A stretch of DNA of 41,317 bases from Octopus bimaculoides. Lineage: Eukaryota. The DNA lies in NCBI RefSeq assembly GCF_001194135.2, contig NC_068991.1, forward strand, positions 63,832,858-63,874,174, in the 5' to 3' direction. The position numbers and the translations under genes are program-made. How positions within the stretch are numbered: the stretch's first letter is position 1; every line of letters starts with the position of its first letter. Of this stretch, positions 11,351-24,141 are shown one piece after another. Below the pieces are notes generated by a model. The model was not told the origin of the DNA and searched no databases. It saw only the letters and a program-made list of their open reading frames with translations.

Positions 11351-11740
11351 AGTATATATATGTGTACATATATATATGTATATATATATATGTATATATA
11401 TNNNNNNNNNNNNNNNNNNNNNNNNNNNNNNNNNNNNNNNNNNNNNNNNNNNNNNNNNNNNNNNNNNNNNNNNNNNNNNNNNNNNNNNNNNNNNNNNNNN
11501 NNNNNNNNNNNNNNNNNNNNNNNNNNNNNNNNNNNNNNNNNNNNNNNNNNNNNNNNNNNNNNNNNNATATAAAGGACACAGGTTTCGTGTGTCACATAGC
11601 TAGCTAGAGGCGATGGCTTCTTGGAGCTAATTCACGGCAGCTTTCGTCCTAATTTTGGGACTGCCATGTTGGCTTGGCGATAACTATTAATTTCCAGTAC
11701 CGCTGCCGTAGTCTCTTTTAGAGAGACTTAGAAATATTAA

Positions 11741-11776
<36 letters not shown>

Positions 11777-12015
11777 TGTATGTATGTATATATGTATGTA
11801 TTGTATGTATGTATGTATGTATCCACATGGATCTACGCAAAGTTACACCTTAGGTCTCATGCTCCGGTTTCTATAACTTTGGAAAGTTGAACTATGAACT
11901 TTTATGCTTATTTTTTTTCTTCTTTCTTTCCATCTCCTTCTTTTACTCCCTTCCTCTACGTCGTCATCTTATTAATATATAGCATTCTCATTTTCCCTAT
12001 TTTTTCCCCCTATTT

Positions 12016-12070
12016 GTCTCTGATGACGGAATATTCCATACTCGAGGATATCCCAGAAGCAGCTTCCTGT
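12016..12070 (+). ncRNA. Decayed hammerhead-ribozyme-like motif (left half intact)
   Basis: GTCT-CTGATGA-C, then a 9-position stem II (12028-12036 with 12046-12054, one mismatch), then A-GAAG-CAGCT. GAAA is mutated to GAAG and the stem I partner is missing. Confidence 0.35.
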
Positions 12071-12334
12071 TTAACAATTATATGTATGTATAAGTGCAGA
12101 TTTTTTAGTTTTGCTTTATGTATGTATTCTCATTCATATCTAGACATGCCTATATATATTTAAATGCTAAACTTCTGGAAGGGTTTTACAGATTTTTACA
12201 GTTCCAGTGATGAATTGGGTCTGTAGTCTTCGAATTAGCTTTCTTCTTTCTGGTTTTGAGAAGCCAAATTTCTCAAGATTGTTATTTAGGCAGTATGAAT
12301 GTATGTATGAAATGTATGAACTTATGTATATCAT

Positions 12335-12540
12335 TTTTTCATTTTATCTAGTTTCAGCTCATGAGTTGTGGCCATGCTGGGGCACCGCCATTTGTTAAGT
12401 TTCTGCGCTGTTTCCACATCCAAATTCTAATTACTAGGTATTAGAAAATACAAGGCTTTAGTGCACTTTCCTGATGTGTTGCACAGTAGGATTGAACCAA
12501 GAGCCATATTCTTGCGAAGCTAAGATTGCCTGTGCAGGAA
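12335..12540 (-). mobile_element. Family 4 SINE, degenerate and internally deleted
   Basis: TAGTTTCAGCTCATGAGTTGTGGCCATGCTGGGGCACCGCC matches the family 4 3' end; GGATTGAACC gives a B-box on the minus strand. Confidence 0.55.
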
Positions 12541-13156
12541 AAACTTAATAATTTTTTCTATTCTAATTGGATAAAGATTAATTGGAATCTCTTAAGTCTT
12601 AAAAAGGTTGGATAGTGTAATAACTGTAAAACCGTGAGAAGGTGACTTTAAATTTAATAATACACAAAAGGAATAAATAATGCATAATGATCATTTTATT
12701 AATAGGATTTAATAATTCTTATCATAATCTAAATTTTCCAGGCCAATAAATAAATAAATAATTAGACGAAAAATTAAATAAATAAATAAAAATAGCTATT
12801 TTTCTGTATTAACGATACTTCGTGTGGATTAAAAAAGTGACTGATAAGTAAAATTGCTGTGCCAAAACTAATCAATATTTTATGTCAAGCAAATTAGAGA
12901 AGATAATGAGGAGGACTTTTCTGTTATTTTTTCTTTTGTTTTTAATTTGTTCTATTTAGAAGTGGAAAGAGGTGACTAGCGCACAGCACTGCATCACCCC
13001 ACGCAACGCTTTTGATAACTGCACTGAACTGCAGGACACTGAAACACGATCTTAAATGCTCTTGTTTATTTGATAGGTCAATCGGATTCAGGCTCCTCTT
13101 AGAAAAGTCTTATCGGTTCGCTTGCCTGAATGAGTACAGCAAAAAGAAAAAAAAGA

Positions 13157-13333
13157 AGGTTTCAAATTTTGGCACAAGGCCGGCATTATAAAGGGAGGAG
13201 CTTAGTTGATTACATCCAGCCCAGTGCTCAACTTGTACTTATTTTATCGACCCCGAAAGGATAACAAGGAATGGTGACTCGGGACGTAGAGACGGACCGA
13301 ATGCTACTAAGCATTTTTGCCAGCGCGCCGCCT
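13157..13333 (-). mobile_element. Family 1 SINE
   Basis: GGTTTCAAATTTTGGCACAAGG...GTACTTATTTTATCGACCCCGAAAGGAT...CGCCGCCT. Confidence 0.85.
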
Positions 13334-13723
13334 AAGTACAGCAAGACCATATTAAAAAAGATATATCATTCAATGACTTGCTAGTATCAGGAAACTCAAA
13401 ATAAAGTCGTAACATGGATTCAGTTCTTAAGTGGAATCTTTTTCACTTAACTACATAATGACCTTAGAATATCAAAAATGGCAACAGAGTAGAGAAGGGT
13501 GGTCACTAGAATAGGATACTAGTCGATTATGAATAACTTTTGCCTAGAAGATTTTAGATCTCATTTCTCTCACCTATGCAAATTTAAAATAACTACATCG
13601 AATTTGATCTTATATCGGTTTATTGTTGTTACGTCACAACTATGTCAGATCTCATTTTTCTCTTGTTTGAGTTTTCTATCCATATCTACTTTCTCTATTA
13701 TGATATATTTTATTTATTTATTT

Positions 13724-14018
13724 GTGCGCCTTTTAAAGCCTAGCCAGGCTCATGACCCCGGTTTCCCGGTTTCTATGGCGTATGTTTTCCCCGCAGCTGG
13801 ACGGGGCGCCAGTCCATCGCAGCGTTACTCAAGAAACAGGAAGAAAGAGTGAGAGAAAGTTGGGGCAAAAGAGTACAACAGGGTTCGCCACCACCCCCTG
13901 TCGGAGCCTTGTGGAGCTTTTAGGTGTTTTCGCTCAATAAACACACGCAACGCCCGGTTTTGGAATCGAAACCGCGATCCTCCGACCGCGAGTCCTCTGC
14001 TCTAACCACTGGGCCATT
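13724..14018 (-). mobile_element. Family 2 SINE (H1 + T1) with (TAAA)n tail
   Basis: Minus strand reads AATGGCCCAGTGGTTAG...GGTTTCGATTCC...CTGCGATGGACTGGCGCCCCGTCCAG...GAAACCGGGAAACCGG. Confidence 0.9.
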
Positions 14019-14019
14019 C

Positions 14020-14150
14020 TGAACTCTAAGCTCACCGGGTTCATCTTTGGTTTTGACTCTTTCAGGATCGATAAAATACAATAGCAGTCAAGTACTGTGG
14101 TCGATGTCATCCTTTCAAAAGTACTGCCTTTGTTCCTATTGTAGAAACTG
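14020..14150 (+). mobile_element. Family 1 SINE fragment
   Basis: TCGATAAAATA...CAGTCAAGTACTGTGGTCGATGT...CCTATTGTAGAAA. Confidence 0.6.
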
Positions 14151-14333
14151 TTATGTCATCTCAAAAATGATGAACGATAAGGGAGGCTCGAGTAGTTTAA
14201 ATTCAGAACGTAAAGGGACGTAACTCAATGGTGGAGGCATTTCAAGTTTGATCAGCTCATTTCGCCATCCAAACCTATAAGTCTTGCCTTGTCTTTGGAT
14301 CTCATTCCCTGAGTCGTAATATATGGCATGTGT

Positions 14334-14543
14334 AAGGCTGCGAGCTGGCAGAATCGTTAGCACGCCAGGTAAAATGGTTAGCGGCCATTCGACTGTCATT
14401 ACGTTGAGTCGAGGTCGACTTTGCCTTTCATTCATACTTACGGGGTTGATAAAACAAGTACCAGTTGAGTACTGGGGTCGATGTAATCGACTTATACTCT
14501 CCCACCAAATTGCTTGCCTTGTGACGAAATCTGAAATCTATCT
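14334..14543 (+). mobile_element. Family 1 SINE, full length
   Basis: Perfect 15-bp TSD ATATATGGCATGTGT (14319-14333, 14544-14558). Confidence 0.92.
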
Positions 14544-14637
14544 ATATATGGCATGTGTTGGATTTCTTTAAAACCTAACTGATCTCATCCCTCTCCATGT
14601 CTGACCGCAGCCAGTTACGTTTCGAGGGGAGAGTAGT

Positions 14638-14686
14638 GAAGAAGAAGAAGAAGAAGAAGAAGAAGAAGAAGAAGAAGAAGAAGAAG

Positions 14687-14716
<30 letters not shown>
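14638..14716. repeat. Perfect (GAA)26 triplet array
   Basis: Direct reading. Confidence 0.97.
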
Positions 14717-14717
<1 letters not shown>

Positions 14718-16110
14718 TAATCTCGACTGTATTTGAACTCACAACGCAGAGAACTAGGACGAACATCACATGGTATCTTATCCGACAATGTTCATATAAA
14801 GAACAGCAAAACCGTTTGCAGGATTCGAACTCATTTAAAAATAACCAAGCAAGAAATATTAATCGCATCCTACTCTCGACCATCTGCCAAAAAACGACCT
14901 TTATCGAACAGATGTCACCTCAACCTGTCGTTTCATTCCCTCATTAAGAATCTACTGTAAACTTCTGTGACTAACTTATAGAGTTACTGAAGGAGAATTA
15001 ATTAACAGAGGTTATTGTTAGGGGTGATCGTGTAATTAGAAACAGAGAGAGAGAGAGAGAGAGACATACAGACAGACAGAGAAAGGGAGAGAGAGAGATG
15101 CTTTTTTCTATTAATCACTATATAGCAGCACCACGACATTTTGAAATGGCAATGTAAAATAAATGAATAAATAGTTGTGGTGTCAACTGCGAATTGAAAC
15201 CACTTGGCGGACTTGATTCTGGGAACTTACTTATAACTAACAGACGCACATCATTATATTTAGGCGTTTCTGTTTTTCCCCGTTACATTGGCGATTTCTT
15301 TTTATCTACTTTCAAATTTGCCTATCACACATTAAGAGGTGTGAAAAAGAAATCACTATTATTAATATTTATCGATTTATTAAGCGTTATACAAATACTT
15401 TCTCTATGACACGCTAAGTACTTGTTTTCAGTATTGAAGAAGTGAAAAAAAAAATCGTCCGCTAAGTCTTGATAACTATGTACTGTAGAACATCGACCTA
15501 ATTTCTCTCTATATCTTACTAAACAAGCTGTGTGTGCATGTTTATATGTGTGCGTGTGTGCGAGTGTGTATGTGTATGTCTGCGAGTGTGTGTGTGTGTG
15601 TTTGCATATATATATGTATATATATGTATGAGGTGTTTGCATGTTTAATGTGTTTTAGAGTGATTTTTGTGGTTTTTAACGTAGAAATCACCACACTGAA
15701 CACATCAACAACAACAACAACAACAACCTCAATTCAATCAATTATCACAAATTATCGTATTTAATCTCTCTCTTTCACAAAGCAGCTAACCACTAAGCCG
15801 ATTAGCAACAAGCAGTGGGCATTTGATAATCTGTTTAATTACAGGCTAGCACGTGGCAATCCATGCACAGTGATTTACAGAATTCTCACTTTGAAGATCT
15901 ACTGAAGGAAAAAAAATAAAACGTTGAATAGAATTTAAAAAAAAATATCTGGATAAATAAATATTCGTGTGATTTGATTGGATGTCATCAGTTATATCGA
16001 TCGATTTCAATTGAATTAAATTTAGTGGTGGCTAAAGATAGGATTCATCACTCACTGGTTCGTGCAAGTAGAAAGAGTGTCTGTTGTGGATGTGTAGATG
16101 TGTGCGTGTG

Positions 16111-16184
16111 TATACGAATGTGTGTGTATACATCTATGTATGAATATACGAATATGTGTGTATACATCTATGTATGAATATACG
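16111..16184. repeat. 34-bp tandem duplication inside microsatellite-rich DNA
   Basis: TATACGAATRTGTGTGTATACATCTATGTATGAA x2 plus TATACG. Confidence 0.85.
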
Positions 16185-16331
16185 TATATATGTATACATG
16201 TATATGAGTGTGTATGTATACGCACACACACACACATATATATATATATACATACGCAATTATATTAACACGCACATAAATAAAAATACAAATAAATATT
16301 TGTATATATATTCTTTTATTCACTCATGCTC

Positions 16332-16368
<37 letters not shown>

Positions 16369-18251
16369 AATACATTTAATATAACCCATTTAAGTATACG
16401 AGTATGTATGTATGTATATATATACATACACACACTATGCATGTATATATGCATACACATGTATATGTATTTATGGGTACGTACTTAGATATATATACAA
16501 TAGCTTTTGCAATAAAAAATTTACAATTGAATTTAATTAAATTGAAATGAAAATATATTCTAGTGAGAAACTGACTCGGTTAAAGTTCTCGGTAGAATAA
16601 ATGTGTAAGCACTAGAAGGTGGCTACGTGAATATACAAAGGATAAATTAAATGAAACTTATATACATATATAGGTATATAAATCTGAATAGTTTTTAACA
16701 GTGGATCTCGAAGTAGATAAAGCTAGGAATAAAGTATGTAAATATTGAATTAAAAGACGGTTGGCAGGCAAATATCTAAGATTGCTAAAGTAACTCGAGC
16801 CCACATATCGTGCTATCATGACAGACGTTCTACCATTATACCAAAGCAACCGTTCGAGTTTCTCCATCTAGTTTAGAAACTTTCTTTTTCGGCGTGATAA
16901 TTGTATACTATTTAGGTTAAAAGAATTTAGAAACTTTGTGAGCCTTATCTACTTCGAATTCTACCGTTAAAAACAATTTATTTCATATCTCTCGAAGTTC
17001 ATTCTTAAATATATGCACATATATATGCAGGTATGTATGTGTGTTTGTACACACACATGTATTTGTATACACACATTCATATATAGGTATATATACATGC
17101 ATATACACACATACACACACACGGAATGCTAAGTCTGTATGAGTCGCCCACTCGAAGTCTTTCTAAAAAATTCAGCTTATCTATTGACTTTCGATACATT
17201 TGCATCTTTCTTATTTAAACACCAATTGGAGTTGTTTGGACGCCACCGAAAACAATTTGACCGTATGACAGGTTTCCCATATAAGCCTTTAGCAATATGT
17301 TGGAATGTACAAATGTTAGAAAAACTTCAGTCACAGAAATTGCACAGATAAGAAGCTTTCTATAGAACAGTTTCAATGAAAAATTAGTATGGAAACTTCT
17401 TATGAAGGTCGCTATAGCGGACTTATTAATATACACATATGTAACAAGCAGCATGAAGAGATATGTTTTACTTCTGTTCATAGACCGTAGAGGGAGTTCT
17501 TAATATTGGAGATACTATGTAAGAAATTTATGATAGATCGGTTTTAGCAGTGGATGTGGTTTTTGACTGGGGATATAAAGCATTTTATAATTTATAATTG
17601 TACATCCACTGATATTGATGTTTTTGCTGAATGGTTCTTATTTCTTGTAAGGTGTGGATGTTGCCTGGTGGTATTCCTCTGAATGCTATTTGTGAAGTTA
17701 ATTATCAACCTCATTAATTAAGGAGTTAGGTGTAGCTTTTAATTCGAAATTTTACATGTATATATATGTATGTATGTATGCATGTATGTATGTATGTATG
17801 TATGNNNNNNNNNNNNNNNNNNNNNNNNNNNNNNNNNNNNNNNNNNNNNNNNNNNNNNNNNNNNNNNNNNNNNNNNNNNNNNNNNNNNNNNNNNNNNNNN
17901 NNNNNNNNNNNNNNNNNNNNNNNNNNNNNNNNNNNNNNNNNNNNNNNNNNNNNNNNNNNNNNNNNNNNNNNNNNNNNNNNNNNNNNNNNNNNNNNNNNNN
18001 NNNNNNNNNNNNNNNNNNNNNNNNNNNNNNNNNNNNNNNNNNNNNNNNNNNNNNNNNNNNNNNNNNNNNNNNNNNNNNNNNNNNNNNNNNNNNNNNNNNN
18101 NNNNNNNNNNNNNNNNNNNNNNNNNNNNNNNNNNNNNNNNNNNNNNNNNNNNNNNNNNNNNNNNNNNNNNNNNNNNNNNNNNNNNNNNNNNNNNNNNNNN
18201 NNNNNNNNNNNNNNNNNNNNNNNNNNNNNNNNNNNNNNNNNNNNNNNNNNN

Positions 18252-18349
18252 TATATATCCTCGTTCGACATTTACGTATATATATATATATATCCACGAT
18301 CGACATTTACGTATATATATATATATTTATATACGTAAATGTCGAACGA
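18252..18349. repeat. Direct plus inverted (fold-back) repeat around (TA)n
   Basis: Two units 35 bp apart, plus a perfect 22-bp inverted copy (18261-18282 versus 18328-18349). Confidence 0.9.
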
Positions 18350-19009
18350 TGAAAATGAGTGCTCAACATCGCATTGGTGGATGTAATTTCTTTATTCGTG
18401 AATTAAAGCATGGTGTTCTTATACTTGTGTACTCAGGTAGTTCGTTATTGCGGAATATTTATTCTGTGTGTAAAGTTTGTGTGTTATCTGTGTTCACATT
18501 TAGGTGGAGTTCAGAAACAGTGACAGCTAAACATATCACCGTCAACAAGGCTTAGAACATTTATCTTTATGGAAGCCAACTCTGAACTATGAAAACCGAA
18601 CTTCAAAATCGTCTTGGTGGTACATACATCGATCATTCGATGATGGGGATTGGGTCCAATACAGCTCATGAGTGACCGCATGATCTAAGATGTGAATTAG
18701 GGATACTTTCCTCGCATCTATACTGTTATTCTTCAAACAGAATACATGTACTTGCTACTGCTATCGAGCTCAGTAACAGACACTATCAGATGCCATATGT
18801 TGGAGAGAACCGCACCCTAGTAGGTCACGGAGATCACTCAAATAACCACATAGTCATTCACCAAAATAAGTGTCAGAATTACTCAATTGTTTGTCTAAAC
18901 ACAATATAATCGTATCAATTCACTAATGCACCTCCTCAGTGTTTAGTGTCATACAACACTGTATATAGGATCGAGTGCAGGATGCACCGCAATGCATATA
19001 TATATTTAA

Positions 19010-19283
19010 GCGAGGACGCATGGCCTAGTGGTTAGCGTGTTGTACTCACAATCGCGAGATCATGGTTTCAATTCTTAGGCCGGGTGGTGCGTTGTGTCCT
19101 TGAGCAGAGCACTTCATCTCACGTTGCTCTGTGATCACTTCGACATCTAACGTGTGGTACACTGCGCACCTGTTCACGTAAAGACAATTTAATGGAGAGA
19201 GCGCGCTATTGTGGATTACATACATCTGATCACTATAAATAAAAATCATTCGTGCATGTCGTTTAGAAAAAGCTAAACGCTCA
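19010..19283 (+). mobile_element. Family 3 SINE (head H2 + distinct tail T3)
   Basis: TGGCCTAGTGGTTAG A-box, GGTTTCAATTC B-box, then TTGTGTCCTTGAGCAGAGCACTTCATCTCACGTTGCTC. Confidence 0.8.
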
Positions 19284-20238
19284 TACAGGAGAGTCCATCA
19301 TACATATTTACATGCATATATATATACATATACATACATATATATATATATATATATANNNNNNNNNNNNNNNNNNNNNNNNNNNNNNNNNNNNNNNNNN
19401 NNNNNNNNNNNNNNNNNNNNNNNNNNNNNNNNNNNNNNNNNNNNNNNNNNNNNNNNNNNNNNNNNNNNNNNNNNNNNNNNNNNNNNNNNNNNNNNNNNNN
19501 NNNNNNNNNNNNNNNNNNNNNNNNNNNNNNNNNNNNNNNNNNNNNNNNNNNNNNNNNNNNNNNNNNNNNNNNNNNNNNNNNNNNNNNNNNNNNNNNNNNN
19601 NNNNNNNNNNNNNNNNNNNNNNNNNNNNNNNNNNNNNNNNNNNNNNNNNNNNNNNNNNNNNNNNNNNNNNNNNNNNNNNNNNNNNNNNNNNNNNNNNNNN
19701 NNNNNNNNNNNNNNNNNNNNNNNNNNNNNNNNNNNNNNNNNNNNNNNNNNNNNNNNNNNNNNNNNNNNNNNNNNNNNNNNNNNNNNNNNNNNNNNNNNNN
19801 NNNNNNNNNNNNNNNNNNNNNNNNNNNNNNNNNNNNNNNNNNNNNNNNNNNNNNNNNNNNNNNNNNNNNNNNNNNNNNNNNNNNNNNNNNNNNNNNNNNN
19901 NNNNNNNNNNNNNNNNNNNNNNNNNNNNNNNNNNNNNNNNNNNNNNATATGTGCATATGTATATATCTATATATATGTATGTGTGTGCTTGTGTTTGTGT
20001 GTGTATGTATACATATACATATATGATTTTATAGAATATCTTTTAAAGTGCACAATCTATAACGAATAAGTATAGAAAGTAAATCATCATAAACTGCATT
20101 AGTCTTCAAATCAAATGCTTGGAACAAACATTTGTGCTATTGCTCAGAAAATTGCCTCATGTCCCTAGTTTGTCAGCTTTAAAATACATAAGGTAAAGTT
20201 AAGACAGGAGAATATAGCTTTAAATTATTTACTTATTT

Positions 20239-20385
20239 CATCTTTACACGTGTTTCATAATGACAGTTTCATAATGATTACATAAGATTAACTTTACGTA
20301 ATCTCCTGCGGATCTGCAAGAAGATTGCATCAGATTAATCCTACACAATCATTGTGTAACTGTCACTGCAACACGTGTAAAGATG
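20239..20385. mobile_element. MITE-like fold-back element
   Basis: Imperfect inverted arms of about 52 bp with perfect terminal 16 bp (CATCTTTACACGTGTT / AACACGTGTAAAGATG), plus an inner stem AATCTCCTGC / GCAAGAAGATT. No TSD identified. Confidence 0.6.
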
Positions 20386-20439
20386 CTATAAATAAATACA
20401 ATTTAAATAATTTAGCTTTATATTCTCCTGACTTGCAGG

Positions 20440-20455
20440 TGCATACATGCATACA

Positions 20456-20489
<34 letters not shown>

Positions 20490-20755
20490 CATACATACAA
20501 ACATACATGCATACATACATACATACATGCATACATACATACATTCTTACATACATACATACAAACATACATACATGCATAAATATATGCATACATACAT
20601 AAACACATAAATTCATACATATATAAAAATATATGTATATATCTATATCCTTAACTACATCTATCTATCTATCTATCCATCCATCCATCCATCCATCCTC
20701 CCATCCATCCATCCATCCATCCATACATACATACATACATACATACATACATACA
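20440..20755. repeat. Compound (TACA)n/(TCTA)n/(TCCA)n microsatellite
   Basis: Direct reading. Confidence 0.95.
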
Positions 20756-20782
20756 ATTCGTTTTTGGCATTCTTGTGACGTC

Positions 20783-20814
<32 letters not shown>

Positions 20815-21611
20815 NNNNNNNNNNNNNNNNNNNNNNNNNNNNNNNNNNNNNNNNNNNNNNNNNNNNNNNNNNNNNNNNNNNNNNNNNNNNNNNNNNNNNN
20901 NNNNNNNNNNNNNNNNNNNNNNNNNNNNNNNNNNNNNNNNNNNNNNNNNNNNNNNNNNNNNNNNNNNNNNNNNNNNNNNNNNNNNNNNNNNNNNNNNNNN
21001 NNNNNNNNNNNNNNNNNNNNNNNNNNNNNNNNNNNNNNNNNNNNNNNNNNNNNNNNNNNNNNNNNNNNNNNNNNNNNNNNNNNNNNNNNNNNNNNNNNNN
21101 NNNNNNNNNNNNNNNNNNNNNNNNNNNNNNNNNNNNNNNNNNNNNNNNNNNNNNNNNNNNNNNNNNNNNNNNNNNNNNNNNNNNNNNNNNNNNNNNNNNN
21201 NNNNNNNNNNNNNNNNNNNNNNNNNNNNNNNNNNNNNNNNNNNNNNNNNNNNNNNNNNNNNNNNNNNNNNNNNNNNNNNNNNNNNNNNNNNNNNNNNNNN
21301 NNNNNNNNNNNNNNNNNNNNNNNNNNNNNNNNNNNNNNNNNNNNNNNNNNNNNNNATATATTGTAAGGGATAGGTTATATTGTCACTAATGCACCAGAGT
21401 ATTATATGGTTCCTCTCAAGCTGGATGACACGTACAAACAAACGAATATGATGCGGCTGAAGTAGACGGTAGAAACTCTTCTAATGGCGATGTTCTGCTT
21501 AAAGATGCTGCTATCCAGCGCCTTAAAATGAGTCCTGCATAGCATTCTAGTTAAAAGTTTCTTAATCAAAAAGAGCATAAGTTAACCCTGATAAAACGCC
21601 ACTAGAGGCTT

Positions 21612-21669
21612 TAGACTCTAGTATGACTCTAGACTCTAGTATGACTCTAGACTCTAGTATGACTCTAGA
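21612..21669. repeat. 18-bp minisatellite, about 3.2 copies
   Basis: TAGACTCTAGTATGACTC x3 plus TAGA. Confidence 0.95.
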
Positions 21670-21821
21670 ACGAACATGTATGAATCACCAGCAATAATAG
21701 AAAAACACTCCAACTCTCAAAAATGAGCTTCCAATCATGGATTAAATAATAATGCTCAATGACAATGTTGAGGTGCCCTCAGGTGGCAAAAATGCGTAAT
21801 ACTTCTATTTCAAAGGGCCAC

Positions 21822-22003
21822 CCTTGTCACACTCTGTGTCACACTCTGTGTCACACTGAATCACTCTGAGAACTATGTCAAGGGTACACGTGCCTGCGGA
21901 ATGCTCGGCCACTTGCACGTTAATTTTACGAGCAGGCTGTTCTCTTGATCAGATCACTTGGAACCCTCATCGTCGTAACCGACGGAGAGCCAGTTTTTCT
22001 TTT
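21822..22003 (+). mobile_element. Headless SINE tail module T2
   Basis: AAGGGTACACGTG...GCCACTTGCACGTTAATTT...GTAACCGACGGAG; matches 32540-32720. Confidence 0.8.
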
Positions 22004-23818
22004 ATAGCCATGTGATGTCATTCGTGTTGATGTATTTGTAATGGCAATAGACGTCAGAGAGTTAGCAATCAATCTACACGCTTGATAGTAAGATAAGACA
22101 TATTTGTAAGTAATCATTGCAAATAGTATAAAGTAGAAAGTGATATTACTTAGTGAGATTACCAGGCAAAAAAACAACAATGTCGTGTTGAGTGAATCTT
22201 TGACTTATAACGGTCACGCGTCAATGATGATTACTTCATAATGAGATGTTGTTGTTTTGAGTCTGGTGAATCTTAATCCAGGAAACCTAAGGTTAAATAT
22301 TTCTGTCTCCAGAATTATATCACCCTTTGTATCTTTGATTTTTTTGAGGGAGATAGATTGTAATTTGAAGGAGATTCATCTACTACTTATAGCATGTCGA
22401 GTTCCTTGCAGAAGTTCTCTTGCTTGTTTATGTAGGGATATTTTGTACTTCAAGCACAAATTCTTTCTGACAAACGTTCGATCGAATAAAGATTCAATAG
22501 CGTTAACTAGATGTGAACGAGTATTGGGAATCAGATATTAGCATTTTCACAAAACCTGACACACATACAACAGTATAAAAGTGAGATTAAGTGCCCTATT
22601 CAAAATTGAAGAAAAACGATACAGCTGACTCGAACTTACAAAACACAAGCTACTAGTCCAGTAAATCATTCACACAACCAAGTTCGCTCTAAATTGTACA
22701 TAGGGGAAGAAATCTATTGTTATTAAATAAGACGTAAAAAATGCAACCGGAAGCATGCAATATATCATAATGCGAATAAACTCTAAAATCAATACCCGTA
22801 ATGAACTAATATGATGCCAAACGATTGAGAAATAATTGTATTAGGTATGGCATACTGTTTTTGTAGGAAATAGAGTTTAATTTGAATTGCTGACTGACAT
22901 GGCAATGAGTTCGATGCTATCTATATTTTTTCGGAGCTGTTTTGATAACTTTGTCAATAGTTAGCAAATATACAGAATACTATAATGTATTTATTGAAGT
23001 AACTTTCTTCGTAATTGAGTAAATCTATTGGATATAATTTTTGCATACTGCATGAAGAATGAGCGATAGGAAAGCTGGGAGATATTCTGGATTTGAATAT
23101 GCAATGTTACGGTTGGGAATTAAGTGTTAGAATAACTGGATGTCACTTGGGAGGAAGTCTCAAATGATATGAATGTATAACGAGGAATGAATAACTGAAT
23201 AATTGAATAAATGATATGTGATTATAAAAATTGCTGGCATCGTTGGCATCAAAATATGAACTCAAATATACAAGAATTTACATGATCAATGAACACTGAT
23301 ATTGTAAAATAGCAGTTTAATATCTAATATCGTAAAATATACACGAATTTAAATAATGATATTATTTTCATTGGATTAATCACTAAACCAATATTGAAAA
23401 TGTACTTTATTTTGTATTAATGAGAAGAAGGGAAATGCAGCGATCTTTCGCAAGATCTTGAAAACAAGTGGAAGACAGGTGGCAGAAGTTATCCTCATAC
23501 CGGAGACCTGGCTTCAATGCATATATCAGAGTGGGCCCTAACGGAAGCACTTAAGGGCCAAGTGGTGTAATTAAACTGGGCGACTGATTAAGATTGCCAA
23601 CAAGAACTGTTGGAGATCATCCGACTAGTTTCTTCATAGTCTCTTCCTAAATAATTTTGCTCAGAGGCTTTAGTAAGAGACACCTGACTTGTTTACTACG
23701 CAATAGATTGAACCAAACACTGCGTGCTTGCGAAACGAATCTCCTGCCATACAGTCACGGTAGTGATGCGCAATATTCTATGGTGAAGCCAATAATGCCA
23801 TTTTCAATATCAGTTCTT

Positions 23819-24141
23819 TAAAGCGGCGAGCTGGCAGAAACGTTGCCTTTCATCATTTCAGGGTCGATAAATTAAGTACCAGTTACGCACTGGGATCGAT
23901 GTAATCGACTTAATCCCTTTGTCTGTCCTTGTGTGTCCCATCTATGTTTAGCCCCCTGTTGGCAATAAAGAAATAAGAAACGTTAGCACGCCGGGCAAAA
24001 TGCTTAGCGGTATTTGGTCTGTCTCTACGTTCTGAGTTCAAATCCCGTCAAGGGGTCGATAAATTAAGTACCAGTTGCGTACTAGGGTCGATCTTGGTCC
24101 CTTTCCCAAAAATTTTGGACCTTGTGCCTTGAGTAGAAAAG
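23819..24141 (+). mobile_element. Dimeric family 1 SINE
   Basis: Two deleted monomers joined at GCAATAAAGAAATA|AGAAACGTTAGCACGCC. The whole dimer is bounded by TSD AATATCAGTTCTT / AATATCCGTTCTT (23806-23818, 24142-24154). Confidence 0.88.

Noticed and set aside
16702-16733. Possible 32-bp plus-strand micro-exon (DLEVDKARNK)
   Set aside because: Splice signals only, with no recognisable product or partner exon.
21612-21669. 18-bp array, and the 12-bp array at 35378-35430, considered as CRISPR-like
   Set aside because: Head-to-tail units with no spacers, in eukaryotic DNA; ordinary minisatellites.
22811-23252. 13-14 bp inverted match TGATGCCAAACGAT / ATCGTTGGCATCA as possible TIRs
   Set aside because: The match does not extend and there is no TSD.
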